Positions 19,545 to 29,042 of a DNA stretch of 32,000 bases are shown here, piece by piece. The notes beneath the pieces were generated by a model. That model had not been told where the DNA came from, made no database searches, and saw only the letters and a program-made list of their open reading frames with translations. Both the position numbers and the translations under genes were made by a program. The stretch lies in contig NC_017039.1 of the NCBI RefSeq assembly GCF_000284455.1, forward strand, positions 1,200,001 to 1,232,000, given 5' to 3'. The first letter of the stretch is position 1, and the number at the start of each line of letters is the position of its first letter. This DNA comes from Synechocystis sp. PCC 6803 substr. PCC-P. GTDB lineage: Bacteria > Cyanobacteriota > Cyanobacteriia > Cyanobacteriales > Microcystaceae.

Positions 19545-21302
19545 TTAAAACATCCGGTCCTGTCTTTCCAAACGTTTTAATAATCGCCAGAGGGCAAAGG
19601 CTGGCACCAATGACATTAATAATACAACCGCCGCCGCCATAAAATAATTATTTACAAACAATAGCGTGGCTGATAGGACCAAAGCACAGGTAAATAAAAC
19701 ATAGTTGGTGCCCATTTGCATAGTACCCATCCGTCGCAAAAGTCGATCAGTTTCCGTTGATCTAACCCGAACTCGGATATCTCCCCGGTCTAAACGGTCA
19801 AGGCTGTCTTCAATGCGCCGGGGTAGCCCCAAGGCACTATTACCCACCTGCACCGCCTGGCGACCTAGTTCATCCATAATGTTACCGGCGGGGTTAAAAC
19901 CATTGGAATTGTTCATAATTTGTAAAGCGAAGGGTTGGGCCACAGCCATGAAATTGAAATCCGGATCTAACCCTTTTCCCACCCCCTCCAGGGTCGAAAA
20001 AGCCCGCATCACAAAGGTAAAAGTTGCCGGAAAACGGAAAGGTTGATCGTAGGCAATCTCGTAAAGGTCGTCACTAATTTTGGTAATGGACTGTTCTTCA
20101 AAGGGTTTATCCATGAAGTTATCCAACAAAAATTGCACCGATCGCCGGATAGGGCCCATATCTTCCGTTTCCTTCAGGGCTCCCAGGGCCACCAGGGAAT
20201 TGACAATGCGCTCGGCATTTTTTTCCGCTACCCCGAATAGGGTATCCATGAGTTTATTTTTCGTGTCCGGGGTAATTTCCCCCATCATGCCAAAGTCATA
20301 GAAAATTAATTCCCCTGCTTCCGGGCTGACGGCCAAATTACCAGGGTGGGGATCGGCATGGAAAAAGCCATGGTTCAGCAGTTGGAACAAGTATGCTCGG
20401 GCCCCCAGTTGGGCCAACTCTTTTCGTTCTAACCCCGCCGCTTCTAGGGCATCGTAGTGGCTGATTTTAATGCCGGGCAAATATTCCAACGTCAAAATTT
20501 GGGTGGAGGTGTAGCGCCAATAAACCCGGGGCACCTTAACCCAATCTTCCCCCCGGAAGTTACGCCGAAAGGTATCGGCACTGCGTCCTTCCCGGAGATA
20601 ATCCGTTTCCTGCCAGAGGATTTTGCAACATTCCTCGTAAATGCCGTTCCAGTCCCGGCCCCGGCCCCATTTGGGATGGTTTTGGAAATATTGGGCAATT
20701 TTTTTCAGGATGGCCAGGTCAATGGTAAACAGTTTTTTTAACCCTGGCCGTTGCACTTTCACCACCACATCTTCGCCGGTGTGCAACTGAGCTTTGTGCA
20801 CTTGGCCCAAGCTAGCTGCTGCTAAAGGGACGGGGTCAAAACTACGATACAGTTTGGCGATCGGTTTACCTAATTCCTCTTCAATGATGCCGGCGGCCTG
20901 TTCGTAGCTAAAGGCGGGCACCTCATCTTGAAGCTTGGACAGTTCCTCCACATATTCCGCTGGAAACAAATCGGAACGGGTGGAAAATAACTGTCCCACT
21001 TTAATGAAGGTAGGACCAAGGCTAAGCAAATTTTCTCGAATCCATTTGGCTTGACGCCGCCGCCGTTGCTGGAGTTTTTCTTCCGTGTAACCTCCGGCAT
21101 AGCTCCACTTTTTGCCGTTTAACCAGAATTGGTACAGCAATGTCAACACAAAGCCCCAAATATCGATGCGCCGCCGGGTGATGGAATAGTTACCCCGATT
21201 CCAGCGATACCGACCCTCCGCTTCTAGGGGCGATCGCCGTTGGGGGGGCAGAGATTCAGAATAGGAATTTGTGGGCTCAAGCTTAGTGGATAGGGCAGAC
21301 AC
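19545..21302 (-). CDS. ABC1/AarF/UbiB-family atypical kinase
   Basis: 'FIKVGQLFSTRSDLFPAEYVEELSKLQDEVPAF', 'PLAAASLGQVHKAQLHTGEDVVVKVQRPG', 'HADPHPGNLAV', 'YDFGMMGEI'. Confidence 0.95.
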   Translation of the reverse strand: MSALSTKLEPTNSYSESLPPQRRSPLEAEGRYRWNRGNYSITRRRIDIWGFVLTLLYQFWLNGKKWSYAGGYTEEKLQQRRRRQAKWIRENLLSLGPTFIKVGQLFSTRSDLFPAEYVEELSKLQDEVPAFSYEQAAGIIEEELGKPIAKLYRSFDPVPLAAASLGQVHKAQLHTGEDVVVKVQRPGLKKLFTIDLAILKKIAQYFQNHPKWGRGRDWNGIYEECCKILWQETDYLREGRSADTFRRNFRGEDWVKVPRVYWRYTSTQILTLEYLPGIKISHYDALEAAGLERKELAQLGARAYLFQLLNHGFFHADPHPGNLAVSPEAGELIFYDFGMMGEITPDTKNKLMDTLFGVAEKNAERIVNSLVALGALKETEDMGPIRRSVQFLLDNFMDKPFEEQSITKISDDLYEIAYDQPFRFPATFTFVMRAFSTLEGVGKGLDPDFNFMAVAQPFALQIMNNSNGFNPAGNIMDELGRQAVQVGNSALGLPRRIEDSLDRLDRGDIRVRVRSTETDRLLRRMGTMQMGTNYVLFTCALVLSATLLFVNNYFMAAAVVLLMSLVPAFALWRLLKRLERQDRMF

Positions 21303-21361
21303 ACTGATACAAAGAAAGGACTAAAGGAAATAATACGGAATGGGAAGATAGGGAATTAAAT

Positions 21362-21544
21362 TTATGAAGTAGGGGTTTCTTCGTGTTTTTTTTCAGGATG
21401 GACATTAGGGATTACATAGGTGCGACCGCTGATAGCCTCTCTTCTTTTTGTGTCTTCGTACATTGCCTGTAAATCGTGGTTAAAAGACTTAGAGTAAGCA
21501 CGACGAAGTTTATGAATTTTTTCAACGATTTCATCCTTAAACAT
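21362..21544 (-). CDS. Conserved small cyanobacterial protein of unknown function
   Basis: 60 aa; 'MFKDEIVEKIHKLRRAYSKSFNHDLQAMYEDTKRREAISGR' resembles a small protein widespread in cyanobacteria. Confidence 0.75.
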   Translation of the reverse strand: MFKDEIVEKIHKLRRAYSKSFNHDLQAMYEDTKRREAISGRTYVIPNVHPEKKHEETPTS

Positions 21545-21681
21545 GGCTAGTCTCCTAAAAGTTCATAGGGCGTAAACAGTATCGGTAATTTGAATCCAAA
21601 ATCAAACTCTGACTAGGTCTAGCAGTTAGATATTCAAAAATACTGGTTTTTAGGTAAACAGTTTCAGCCATGAAAGTTCGG

Positions 21682-21999
21682 TTAACCCTGGTTATCCCGG
21701 TAGTTTTTCAACTCGGATTTGAGGCTAGCAATTTCTGCCCGCAGTTTATCCAATGTTTCCTGCAACTCATCCGCACTAACCGGGCCATCCACCGTGGCGA
21801 TCGCCGCCCCCTCCTGGGTGACATCATTGGCCGCGCGGGATTGCACCTCGGCAATGAATTGACGTAGGTTTTCCCGTTGTTCCGCATCAAACTTGCCCAA
21901 CTCACTCAGGGCATTGGTTACGCCGTCTTCTACCTTTTCGCTGAGGACTTCGGCAAAGGCGCGGCCGAGAAAAAAGGCCTGGAGGACTTGGTTTTGCAT
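21682..21999 (-). CDS. Conserved hypothetical cyanobacterial protein
   Basis: 105 aa, helical '[46 protein letters not shown]' with a C-terminal coiled coil '[22 protein letters not shown]'. Confidence 0.8.
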
Positions 22000-22008
22000 G
22001 GACTTTTT

Positions 22009-22281
22009 TTATGGTTGCATTTGTAAAGAATTATAACGTGCCCCACCATGATTCTCATCCTCCCCCTGGGAATCTAAATTCCAGCCGGCTTGGGGAGGGA
22101 AACTTTGCTCAGAACGGAACAGACCACCACTGTCCTGGGGCTCCGTGGGCACCGACGGGTCTGCCACTACCCTGGGGGGAGCCGACCGTAGAGCCATGCC
22201 AAAGCCCATGCCCGCCGCCAACATAATGCCCGCTGTGAACACAAGAGTTTGTCCCAGGGGATGGGGAGCTAAAATGCGCAT
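22009..22281 (-). CDS. Hypothetical small protein with one N-terminal TM segment
   Basis: 90 aa; hydrophobic 'GQTLVFTAGIMLAAGMGFGMALR' followed by a low-complexity tail. It sits immediately upstream of the 105-aa gene in the same direction. Confidence 0.6.
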   Translation of the reverse strand: MRILAPHPLGQTLVFTAGIMLAAGMGFGMALRSAPPRVVADPSVPTEPQDSGGLFRSEQSFPPQAGWNLDSQGEDENHGGARYNSLQMQP

Positions 22282-22326
22282 ACGTATGAAGTTAACTGTT
22301 TGCTAACTGTAGAATAAAAGGCCAGC

Positions 22327-22503
22327 CTAGGCATCGGGGAAGGTATTTTCAAAATCTTCGATCAAGTCGTCTAATTCCGCCAGAGCTTGGGAAACGTCCA
22401 GGGAAAGGATGCCCAGGTTAGGTTGCTCCGCCAGGTCTTCGAGGAATTTACGCTTTTGTTTGATGGTCAGGATGCGTTCTTGCAACGTGGTTTTATCCAG
22501 CAT
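22327..22503 (-). CDS. Small 58-aa acidic helical protein, not in the supplied ORF track
   Basis: Hand translation of the minus strand: MLDKTTLQERILTIKQKRKFLEDLAEQPNLGILSLDVSQALAELDDLIEDFENTFPDA*. Uninterrupted, co-directional with its neighbours. Confidence 0.65.
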   Translation of the reverse strand: MLDKTTLQERILTIKQKRKFLEDLAEQPNLGILSLDVSQALAELDDLIEDFENTFPDA

Positions 22504-22737
22504 GGTGATTAAGGAAAATTAGGAGTTCACTTTTGAGTTATAGCCCTTTTCAGCCGGGCTAACAATGGCACAATCTACAACGCCAGCAAAATTTTAAGGG
22601 TTTGCTTAACCGGGAGTTTGGCCATCAAGAAGGCAAATTAATGGACTCGAAGACTCAGTCCATCGAATGTCTGACCATCACCAAGGGCCTCTTCGGTAGA
22701 CATAATGGGAATTTCTAATCATGGCAACGCTTCTCCA

Positions 22738-23745
22738 TTACCAACGAATGCGGGGGTCCACCAGTTGGTAAATCAAATCCGCCAAACTACTGAAAAAGAC
22801 AATTAAAACGGCATAAAGAAAAGTGACCGCCATCACCACGGGGGTGTCACTGCGATAAATGGATTCAATTAACAAAGCTCCAATGCCTGGTACTCGGAAA
22901 ACCTGCTCAGTTACTAAAGCTCCGGTGAAAATGGTGGGTACATCCAGGGCAATAAGGGTGATTAGGGGCAAAGAAGCATTTTTTAAAAGATGGTTTTTCA
23001 ACATTCCCCAGGTGCCTAAACCTTTGGCATAGGCGGTGCGAATGTAATTTTGGGGCAACTCTTCCAACGCGGCGGAACGGACAAAGCGTAGAATTACCGC
23101 CGATTGATAGAACACTAACACCCCCACTGGCATCAATAGTTGACGGATTTGGGTTCCCAAACTAGCCATGCTATCCACCGTCAGAGTGCTGTCGTAAATG
23201 AAGGGTAACCACCTCAACTGCACACTAAAAATTAGGATGAACAGTAACCCGGTCAAAAAAGTGGGCAGGGAAAAGCCCATTAAACTGATGCCACTGATTA
23301 ACGGTTCCCACCACCGTCCCCGGTACAATGCCGCTGTCACTCCCAAAGGAATGGCGATCGCCAAACTGATCAGGTAGGCCGTGCCCATTAACCACAACGT
23401 TGTCGGTAGCCTTTGACCAATCAAATCAATTACGGGACTACGGCTGGTGAAGGAATAACCCAAATCCCCCTGCAAAAGACTCCATAACCATTTTAGGTAA
23501 CGGATGGGTAACGCTTGGTCCAGCCCCAAACTGCGGCGCAAATTGTCCCGCACTTCCTGGGAAATGGAGGGGTTAGTGGCCAATTCCCCCAAAGGATTGC
23601 CCGGGGCGAGGGCTAACAAACTAAAAATCACTAAACTAATGCCCAACAAGGTGATGACGGCGATCGCCAAACGTTTACAGATCAGGCCAACGGCAGGGGG
23701 CAAGGGGGACATGGGCATAGATAACAGTGGGACGCACCAAGGCAA
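22738..23745 (-). CDS. ABC transporter permease, oligopeptide/dipeptide type (DppB/OppB-like)
   Basis: 'LALAPGNPLGELATNP', 'RYLKWLWSLLQGDLGYSFTSRSPV', 'YIRTAYAKGLGTWGMLKNHLLKNASLPLITLIALDVPTIFTGALVTEQVFRVPGIGALLIESI' (EAA-loop type). The start may be internal (MPMSPL or later). Confidence 0.93.
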   Translation of the reverse strand: MPWCVPLLSMPMSPLPPAVGLICKRLAIAVITLLGISLVIFSLLALAPGNPLGELATNPSISQEVRDNLRRSLGLDQALPIRYLKWLWSLLQGDLGYSFTSRSPVIDLIGQRLPTTLWLMGTAYLISLAIAIPLGVTAALYRGRWWEPLISGISLMGFSLPTFLTGLLFILIFSVQLRWLPFIYDSTLTVDSMASLGTQIRQLLMPVGVLVFYQSAVILRFVRSAALEELPQNYIRTAYAKGLGTWGMLKNHLLKNASLPLITLIALDVPTIFTGALVTEQVFRVPGIGALLIESIYRSDTPVVMAVTFLYAVLIVFFSSLADLIYQLVDPRIRW

Positions 23746-23848
23746 TTAAGCACAAAAAGGGGAATTTTTTCTGTAACTGACAGCTTAAACTTTTGTGATA
23801 GGCTATGCGAGATAAACCGATCTAAGCTTAATTTTTCAGGGGATTGCC

Positions 23849-24913
23849 ATGCGTGTGGGGCTGTTATTTGGTGGGTGTTCTGGGGAGCATGAAGTCTCGA
23901 TCAAATCCGCCCAGGCGATCGCCAAAGCATTGGCCAGCGACGATAACCAAACCAAATATCAAGTAAGCCCTTTTTATATTCAAAAAAATGGCGTTTGGCT
24001 GGGGCCAGACGTTTCTCAACAGGTTTTGGACCAGGGAGTTCCCTGGGGGGATCAGCCCGTTACGGCCGGACAACGGTGGCAGTTTCCCCCCGAAGCGGCC
24101 CGAATGGAGGTGTGGTTTCCCATTTTGCACGGCCCCAACGGTGAAGATGGCACAGTGCAGGGGTTATTTAGTTTGATGCAAGTGCCCTATGTGGGCAGTG
24201 GCGTGCTGGGTTCCTGTGTGGGCATGGATAAATTGGCGATGAAAATGGTCTTTGAACGGGCAGGGTTGCCCCAGGTCAATTACATGGGGGTAGAACGGGG
24301 GGAAATTTGGTCTAATCCCTGTGTTTTTCCGGCTTTGTGCGAAAAAATTGAAGCCCAGGTGGGCTATCCCTGTTTCGTTAAACCGGCCAACTTAGGCTCC
24401 TCCGTGGGCATTGCCAAAGTGCGGAACCGTAGTGAATTGGAAGCAGCCCTAGACAACGCCGCCAGTTACGATCGCCGCATCATTGTCGAAGCGGGTTTAA
24501 CGGATATTAGGGAAGTGGAATGTGCGGTGCTGGGCAACGAAAATCCCCAAGCTTCCGTGGTGGGGGAAATCACCTACGACAGCGACTTTTACGATTACGA
24601 AACCAAATACACCGATGGCCGCTCCCAAATGCATATCCCCGCCAACTTACCTAAAGCTGTGGTGAACCAGATCCAGACCATGGCCATTCAAGCTTTTAAA
24701 GCTGTGGATGCGGCGGGCTTAGGACGATTGGACTTTTTCTATCAACCGACTACGGGGCAGATTGTCATCAACGAAATTAACACCCTGCCTGGTTTCACCG
24801 CCTTTAGTATGTATCCCGAACTGTGGCGAGCTTCTGGGGTAGAATTTCCTAGCTTAGTGGATCGATTATTACAGTTGGCATTGGACTACCATGGCCGTCC
24901 CGGTCACCAATAA
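23849..24913 (+). CDS. ddl: D-alanine--D-alanine ligase
   Basis: '[22 protein letters not shown]', '[18 protein letters not shown]', '[14 protein letters not shown]', '[20 protein letters not shown]'. Confidence 0.97.
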   Translation: MRVGLLFGGCSGEHEVSIKSAQAIAKALASDDNQTKYQVSPFYIQKNGVWLGPDVSQQVLDQGVPWGDQPVTAGQRWQFPPEAARMEVWFPILHGPNGEDGTVQGLFSLMQVPYVGSGVLGSCVGMDKLAMKMVFERAGLPQVNYMGVERGEIWSNPCVFPALCEKIEAQVGYPCFVKPANLGSSVGIAKVRNRSELEAALDNAASYDRRIIVEAGLTDIREVECAVLGNENPQASVVGEITYDSDFYDYETKYTDGRSQMHIPANLPKAVVNQIQTMAIQAFKAVDAAGLGRLDFFYQPTTGQIVINEINTLPGFTAFSMYPELWRASGVEFPSLVDRLLQLALDYHGRPGHQ

Positions 24914-24999
24914 GTGCTTGCTGGTGATCCATCGGAATCACCGATAATCTCCGCTGAAACGCTAAATTTTTCACTCCCAAGGCTTTATTCCCTATCCAT

Positions 25000-25638
25000 A
25001 TGGCCCGTTTGTCCCAGGAATTGCAGGATTATTTCTTTAAGGAAGACCGTGGCCCGACGGTGAACCTGGCCCAGGTTTTGGCGATCGCCAAGGAGAAAAT
25101 TTTTGGCATTGTTCTAGTAATTCTTTCCCTCCCTTCGGCTTTACCGATCCCGGCCCCCGGTTATTCCACCCCCTTTGGCGTACTAATTTTTCTGGTGGCA
25201 ATTCAATTGATGGCTGGTCGTCAGGAGCTCTGGTTACCCCTCTCCTGGCAAAGCAAAACCATTAAAACCAGCAAGGCCCAAGGCATTGTCAAAGCTGGTT
25301 TACCCTGGTTGAAAAGACTAGAGGCGATCGCCCACCCCCGCTTCCCCCTCGTTTGTCAAAGTCGCCTGGGCAAAATTCTCATGGGTATTACCGTTGGCTC
25401 CATGGCCATTTCCATGATGATTCCCATTCCTGGCACCAACACCCTGCCGGCCATGAGTATTTTCATCACTGGTTTTGGTCTCCAGGAGGATGATGGCTTA
25501 ATTACCGGAGCAGGGATGATTTTTTCCGTTTTAATTGGCGTCCTGATGGTTTCTGTGATTTACGTTTTCTTCAACGGCGGTATTACCATCATTGACATTC
25601 TTAAAGATTGGCTCAAAGTCCAGTTTGGCGGGGCTTAA
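25000..25638 (+). CDS. Exopolysaccharide synthesis ExoD-like membrane protein
   Basis: 'LPSALPIPAPGYSTPFGVLIFLVAIQLMAGRQELWLP', 'PIPGTNTLPAMSIFITGFGLQEDDGL'. Confidence 0.88.
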   Translation: MARLSQELQDYFFKEDRGPTVNLAQVLAIAKEKIFGIVLVILSLPSALPIPAPGYSTPFGVLIFLVAIQLMAGRQELWLPLSWQSKTIKTSKAQGIVKAGLPWLKRLEAIAHPRFPLVCQSRLGKILMGITVGSMAISMMIPIPGTNTLPAMSIFITGFGLQEDDGLITGAGMIFSVLIGVLMVSVIYVFFNGGITIIDILKDWLKVQFGGA

Positions 25639-25757
25639 ATCCTTAATCTGAGAGTTTTTTGTCTAGTCTTGCTTCAAAAGAGTTGTTGTCCAAACCTTTA
25701 GTAAACCGGGTAAACTCTTGCGGGTTTTACTGGCTAAGCCTATTTTCCAGATACGTT

Positions 25758-26054
25758 TTAAGCCTTTTCTAGGGGAGCCATGGTCAAACCTTCCCGCCGT
25801 AGTTGTTGATGGTACAATTCCGCCTGCTCCTGGGGCCCCACCCAAACAATGGCTAAGCCGTCGAAGTGGACTTGATTAGTTAATTCCCAAGCCCGATCGC
25901 CGGTCATGCCGGGGATGTATTTAAGCAAGCAATCGGACACATGCTGAAACGTGTTGAAATCGTCGTTGAGGACAATTACTTTAAAGTTGGGATAGGTTTT
26001 GCGGACTGTGCTAGTTAGGCGATCGGGGGTGCTGGTGGCGGCGTTGCTAATCAC
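25758..26054 (-). CDS. clpS: ATP-dependent Clp protease adaptor ClpS family
   Basis: 'FKVIVLNDDFNTFQHVSDCLLKYIPGMTGDRAWELTNQVHFDGLAIVWVGPQEQAELYHQQLRREGL'. Confidence 0.88.
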   Translation of the reverse strand: MISNAATSTPDRLTSTVRKTYPNFKVIVLNDDFNTFQHVSDCLLKYIPGMTGDRAWELTNQVHFDGLAIVWVGPQEQAELYHQQLRREGLTMAPLEKA

Positions 26055-26161
26055 GACAGTAATCCGGTTGCTTGAAGACTATAGCCAAATTTTATCCCGA
26101 TACCCTAATCGAGTTTTAGTAGGTTTCCCCTAAATTACCCCAGCTGGTTAACGAAAATTGA

Positions 26162-26635
26162 ATGCCAGGCCAATCCACCAAGTCCACTTTAATCATCGGT
26201 TACGGCAATACCCTGCGGGGGGACGACGGCGTGGGGCGTTACCTAGCGGAAGAAATTGCTCAGCAAAACTGGCCCCATTGTGGAGTTATTTCCACCCATC
26301 AACTCACCCCAGAATTGGCCGAGGCGATCGCCGCTGTGGACCGGGTAATTTTCATTGATGCCCAACTGCAGGAATCAGCAAACGAACCATCGGTGGAAGT
26401 TGTGGCCTTAAAAACCCTGGAACCCAACGAACTGTCAGGGGATTTGGGGCACCGGGGTAATCCCAGGGAACTCTTGACCCTGGCTAAAATTCTCTACGGC
26501 GTTGAGGTAAAGGCTTGGTGGGTGTTGATTCCGGCCTTCACCTTTGATTATGGAGAGAAATTGTCTCCCCTGACCGCCCGGGCCCAAGCCGAAGCCTTAG
26601 CCCAGATCCGCCCCTTGGTATTGGGGGAGAGATAA
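26162..26635 (+). CDS. hoxW: Hydrogenase maturation protease (HoxW-type)
   Basis: 'LIIGYGNTLRGDDGVGRYLAEEIAQ', 'VIFIDAQL', 'LGHRGNPRELLTLAKILYG'; HybD/HycI peptidase family. Confidence 0.88.
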   Translation: MPGQSTKSTLIIGYGNTLRGDDGVGRYLAEEIAQQNWPHCGVISTHQLTPELAEAIAAVDRVIFIDAQLQESANEPSVEVVALKTLEPNELSGDLGHRGNPRELLTLAKILYGVEVKAWWVLIPAFTFDYGEKLSPLTARAQAEALAQIRPLVLGER

Positions 26636-26662
26636 AGCCAAGGGAAACTCAAAATTGAAAAG

Positions 26663-27004
26663 TTAGGCTTCTACGGCCACAGCTTTAGCTTTTTTCTCTT
26701 TTTCAGGCTTTTCGGGGGTGAGCTTAATGCTCAAAAAGCGCATCACATTATCGTTAAGACGCATATCCCGTTCAATTAAAGCAATCTGCTGGCCTTCACC
26801 GTTGAAGTTGAACAAAACATAAATGCCATCGTTAAAGCGACGGATTTGGTAAGCTAGACGGCGTTTACCCCAAACCTTCACCGATACTTCTTCGGCGGCA
26901 TTGTTGGTCAAAAATTCTTGGTATTTGGTAACTTCTTGGCTAACCCGTTCTTCATTCAGGTCGGGACGGAGAATTACCATCAGTTCGTAACTATTCACAA
27001 GCAC
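26663..27004 (-). CDS. rpsF: 30S ribosomal protein S6
   Basis: '[30 protein letters not shown]', '[25 protein letters not shown]', '[11 protein letters not shown]'. Confidence 0.96.
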   Translation of the reverse strand: MLVNSYELMVILRPDLNEERVSQEVTKYQEFLTNNAAEEVSVKVWGKRRLAYQIRRFNDGIYVLFNFNGEGQQIALIERDMRLNDNVMRFLSIKLTPEKPEKEKKAKAVAVEA

Positions 27005-27308
27005 ATGACTCCTTATGGACTTTAGGGCTTAAACTCAGGCAGGCGCAGCAACCATCATCGTCTGGGCTAGTTCAGTTGCCATGGAAGACACTGTTATTCG
27101 CTAAAACCATGACTAGCTGACACCAAAGTTTGAGTAAAAGCAAGGATCTTTTATCATACTCGTTAGGGTGGCCGGGGAGCTAGGGGTTAATCCCATAGTC
27201 GAACCTTTACCAAAAGCCTGTCCATGGACTGCAATACCCCTCTGACTCTAAACTTTGGGCAATGTTGGATGGGTTACCGTCCCCTTGATCACTTTCTTTA
27301 ACACCACC

Positions 27309-28139
27309 ATGGTCCAACGTTACGTTCGTATCCAGGCTGACTCTGGCACCGTCCATTATGGTTTGTTCCAATTGGATCACAGTGTGATTTTGCTAAGTGC
27401 GGCGCCTTGGTTGGGGGGCCAAGCCCTAGATGTTGCCGTTAGTGAAGGGGATTATCGGTTACTAGCTCCCTGTGAACCTTCTAAAATCGTGGCGGTGGGA
27501 CGCAATTACCGGGCCCATGCGGCGGAATTGGGTAACGATGTGCCGGCGGAACCCCTCTTATTTTTTAAACCTCCTTCGGCGATCGCCGCTGACCAGGAAG
27601 AAATTGTTTATCCGTCCCAGTCCCAACGGGTGGACTACGAAGGGGAATTGGCAGTCATTATTGGCAAACAAGTAAAAGATATTACTGAAGAAGAAGCGGC
27701 CAGCGCCATTTGGGGCTACACCATTGCCAACGATATTACGGCTAGGGATTTGCAGCGGCAGGATTCCCAATGGACGCGGGCCAAGGGCTTTGACGGTTTT
27801 TGTCCCCTGGGGCCCTGGGTAGTACGTCACATCGACCCAGAGGCCCATTTGGAAACCACCGTTAATGATGAGGAAACTCCCCGGCAAGCCACGGCCATCA
27901 GCGATATGGTTTTTACTCCCCCGGTATTAGTGAGCTACATTTCCCGAGTGATGACCCTCTACCCTGGCGATGTAATTTTGACTGGTACTCCGGAAGGCAT
28001 TAGTGCCCTCCAAGTGGGAGACAAAGTGGAGGTGGAAATTGAAGGCATTGGTAATTTAACTAATACAATCATCGCGCCTCCCCTAACGGCCCCGGAGTTA
28101 GCGGAAACGGTGGAGTTGGAAGTCGAAGCAGATAATTGA
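27309..28139 (+). CDS. Fumarylacetoacetate hydrolase (FAH) family protein
   Basis: 'PSKIVAVGRNYRAHAAELGNDVPAEPLLFFKPPSA', 'VDYEGELAVIIGK', 'YTIANDITARDLQRQDSQWTRAKGFDGFCPLGPW', 'LYPGDVILTGTPEG'. The track start at 27255 seems too early; MVQRYVRI at 27309 fits better. Confidence 0.93.
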   Translation: MVQRYVRIQADSGTVHYGLFQLDHSVILLSAAPWLGGQALDVAVSEGDYRLLAPCEPSKIVAVGRNYRAHAAELGNDVPAEPLLFFKPPSAIAADQEEIVYPSQSQRVDYEGELAVIIGKQVKDITEEEAASAIWGYTIANDITARDLQRQDSQWTRAKGFDGFCPLGPWVVRHIDPEAHLETTVNDEETPRQATAISDMVFTPPVLVSYISRVMTLYPGDVILTGTPEGISALQVGDKVEVEIEGIGNLTNTIIAPPLTAPELAETVELEVEADN

Positions 28140-28167
28140 TCTTAATTTCCGCCTCTGCTGTGCCTTA

Positions 28168-29010
28168 TTGACCGAGATTTTTCCCTTGCCCATGAGTGAA
28201 CCTAACCTCAACCCCGCCTATACCCTCGACCAGGCGATCGCCAATTTGCAACAAACAGAAGATGCCAGTGCCCGTTACTATGCGGCCTGGTGGATTGGTC
28301 GTTTTCGCGCTGCTCAACCGGAAACCATTGCTGCTTTGTTGGTCGCCTTGGAAGATGAAACTGATCGCTCCCCGGACGGTGGTTATCCCCTGCGGCGTAA
28401 TGCGGCTAAAGCGTTGGGAAAATTAGGCGATCGCCAAGTGGTGCCGGCCCTAATCAAAGCCTTGGAATGTGAAGATTACTATGTGCGAGAGTCAGCGGCC
28501 CAGGCGCTGGAAGGTTTGGGGGATGCTAGAGCGATGGCACCTCTAATGGCCAAGTTAACGGGGGGATTAGCAGCGGCCCAGCTTGTGGAGGGTAAACCCC
28601 ATTTAGCCCAACCCTACGAAGCGATTATTGAAGCCCTGGGTACTCTCCAAGCTGTGGAGTCCATTGGTTTAATTGAACCGTTTCTAGAGCATTTTTCCCC
28701 GAAAGTCCAATACGCCGCCGCCAGGGCCCTATTTCAGTTAACTGGGGATAACCGTTACGGCGACCTTCTCATTACTGCTCTGGGGGGGACAGACTTACAA
28801 TTACGCCGTTCCGCCATGATGGATTTGGGAGCCACTGGCTACTTGCCCGGCGCCCAGGCGATCGCCAAAGCCTTTGCAGAAAATAGCCTCAAGTTGATCG
28901 CCCTGCGAGATTTGTGGGCCACCCATCGCCAAAGGCAAGCAAGTTCTGAATCGAAGGCGCTCAGTCCAGCTAGCCGACAAATATTGGAATTAATGGATAG
29001 TTTACTCTGA
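28168..29010 (+). CDS. cpcE: Phycocyanobilin lyase alpha-subunit CpcE (HEAT-repeat)
   Basis: HEAT-like repeats: 'LDQAIANLQQTEDASARYYAAWWIGRFRAAQPETIAALLVALEDETDRSPDGGYPLRRNAAKALGKLGDRQVVPALIKALECEDYYVRESAAQALEGLGD'. The start is probably internal MSEPNLNPAYT. Confidence 0.9.
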   Translation: MTEIFPLPMSEPNLNPAYTLDQAIANLQQTEDASARYYAAWWIGRFRAAQPETIAALLVALEDETDRSPDGGYPLRRNAAKALGKLGDRQVVPALIKALECEDYYVRESAAQALEGLGDARAMAPLMAKLTGGLAAAQLVEGKPHLAQPYEAIIEALGTLQAVESIGLIEPFLEHFSPKVQYAAARALFQLTGDNRYGDLLITALGGTDLQLRRSAMMDLGATGYLPGAQAIAKAFAENSLKLIALRDLWATHRQRQASSESKALSPASRQILELMDSLL

Positions 29011-29042
29011 AATAATTGGAAATTTACAGATTTACGGAGATT

